Of a DNA stretch of 64,000 bases, positions 62,326-64,000 are shown piece by piece. The first letter of the stretch is position 1. Each line of letters opens with the position of its first letter. This stretch comes from Eledone cirrhosa. Taxonomy: Eukaryota. A model generated the notes under the pieces. It was not told where the DNA came from, made no database searches, and worked only from the letters and a program-made list of their open reading frames with translations. Where the stretch lies: positions 40,424,001 to 40,488,000 of the forward strand of contig OZ024740.1 of assembly GCA_964016885.1 (NCBI GenBank), in the 5' to 3' direction. The position numbers and the translations under genes were made by a program.

Positions 62326-64000
62326 TAATAACAATAACAACAATAATAACAACAACAACAATAATAATAACGACAACAACAATAATAATATACATATACA
62401 TATATATATACACACACGCACACACATAAGCATATCTACACACACACACACACACACGATAGCAACTAACAGCGCTGCGATCGAATGTGGCTTTTTAGCC
62501 CAGCCAATGATCTAAAATTTCTTGCACAGAGTCGGCAACCAAAACATTTACTGGGAATAGTCGGCTGTGGTTGGAGTTCGTGTACTTTTGCATGTCGCTT
62601 GAGCCCTCCTGCTGATTTACATTCTCTACCACATGTTTGGCAAGCATGATGAGTATCATCTCCAACAGCAGCCTGGTAGTCAACCACTGGTCTTACTTTA
62701 TGACTGCGAAGATGACTTTCGAGTCCAGCTTTGCTTAGGCAGAGTCTCGCACATACGCTGCATTCCGTCTGGAAGTGCAACAGCAATGCTCTTCCTCACA
62801 TCCCGCTTTACTTTCTCGTATGCGATTCGAGATGCCTCAAAGGCAACTTTTCCCTCATTTATTACGATCAGCAGCAATATTCTTCCATGTATCAGCAGAG
62901 ATGTTAGCGTCTTTCAGAGAGGCTTTCAAGGAATCCTTATACCTCTTTTTTGGTTTATGTGGCGGTCGTTTTCCTTTAACCAACTCTCCATAAAAGAGTT
63001 GTTTTGGTATTCTAGAATCCTTCATCCTGGCAAGGTGACCATTCCAACGGAGTCGTTGCTTAAGCACAAGAGCTTCTATACTGTCACACATAGAGCTTTC
63101 CAAAATCTCGACATCACTGATGTGGTCCCTCCAGTGAACGCCATGGATCCATCTGAGACACATCTGATGAAAACGCTCCAATTGCTTAAGGTGGTGTCGA
63201 TATGTGACCCAGGTCTCGCAGGCATAAAGAAGACAAGAGAGCACACATGCCCTGTACACCTTTACCTTTGTCCTCCTGCATATGTCTCGCCGACCCCAGA
63301 GTCGCCTTTCTAGCTTTCCGAAAGCATCACTTGCTTTCCTAATCCTAAGTGAGATTTCACTGTCAAGGTTGCTGTATCGATTGACAGTGCTTCCCAGGTA
63401 GACAAACTGATCAACCACTCAAAGTCGTTTGCCATACACATAGATGTTTGGTTCAGTGTACTGCTTACCAGGGGCAAGTTGGTACATGACGACGGTTTTC
63501 TTGAGACTGACAGTCAATCCTAGGGCAGTGCAAGCGTCAGAAAATGCATTCAAAATGTGCTGCATATCACTCTCTGTGTGCGCTACAAGATCGCAATCAT
63601 CTGCATACAAGAGGTCTCTTATGATTGATGTAAATACTTTTGTCTTCGCAGCAAAGGGCCTGATGTTAAATATGCTGCCTGAGGTTCGATATCGGATGTA
63701 AACACCATGCTCGCAATTCCTGAATGCAATACAGAAAACCATTGCAAAGTATATGGCAAACAGGGTCGGTGCTGGAATATCCCCGTTTCACTCCATTTTT
63801 TACTGAGATAGGCTCCGACATGTTACCCCCAACATTAACCCAAGCCTTCATATCATCATGGAAAGACCTAACTAAAGCAAGGAACTTATCAGGGCAACCA
63901 AGTTTCTGGAGAACCTTCCATAATGCATCTCTGTTAACAGTATCGAAAGCTTTTGTCAGATCGACAAAAACCTGATACAGATCCAAGCCTTGTTCCATGC
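62185..64000 (-). mobile_element. RTE-clade LINE with C-terminal triple C2H2 zinc fingers (runs off the window end)
   Basis: DLTKAFD, LLYADD, FVYLGS, YACETW, PKQLFYGEL, then CSVC..HLRSH, CQTC..HAKVH, CRLC..HIRSQRC. (ATGT)n tail; compound microsatellite in the 3' UTR. Confidence 0.9.

Noticed and set aside
61998-62515. Low-complexity ORFs (HTHT, CVCV, NNNN)
   Set aside because: Microsatellite translations.

Overview
Eukaryotic (animal), AT-rich, microsatellite-rich genomic DNA. The SINE/LINE repertoire suggests a cephalopod mollusc such as Octopus (inference only). The only host gene recognised is an RNF185/RNF5-type RING E3 ligase on the minus strand. Its first coding exon (46694-46537) splices in phase 2 across a 46,495-bp intron to an exon at 41-1, giving CGHLF-C|WPCLHQWLET. 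The intron and upstream region are mostly transposable elements: several RTE-clade LINE families, three R4/Dong-type RLE LINEs, two Tx1/L1 LINEs (one with an intact 1148-aa ORF2), a near-intact mariner, piggyBac/pogo/mariner-type MITEs, two non-autonomous Helitrons, tRNA-derived SINEs, a CR1 fragment, an LTR fragment with a tRNA-Trp PBS, and several minisatellites. Most notable observations: (1) all three R4/Dong copies sit in (CATA)n in the same orientation and 3' register, and that microsatellite is the 3' tail made by an RTE family and its ~610-bp non-autonomous partner; (2) one RTE family carries a C4HC3 PHD finger inside its reverse transcriptase; (3) another RTE ends in three C2H2 fingers and shares its 3' end with the non-autonomous element, whose 5' end looks structured. 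Most ORFs in the supplied track are antisense or repeat artefacts.
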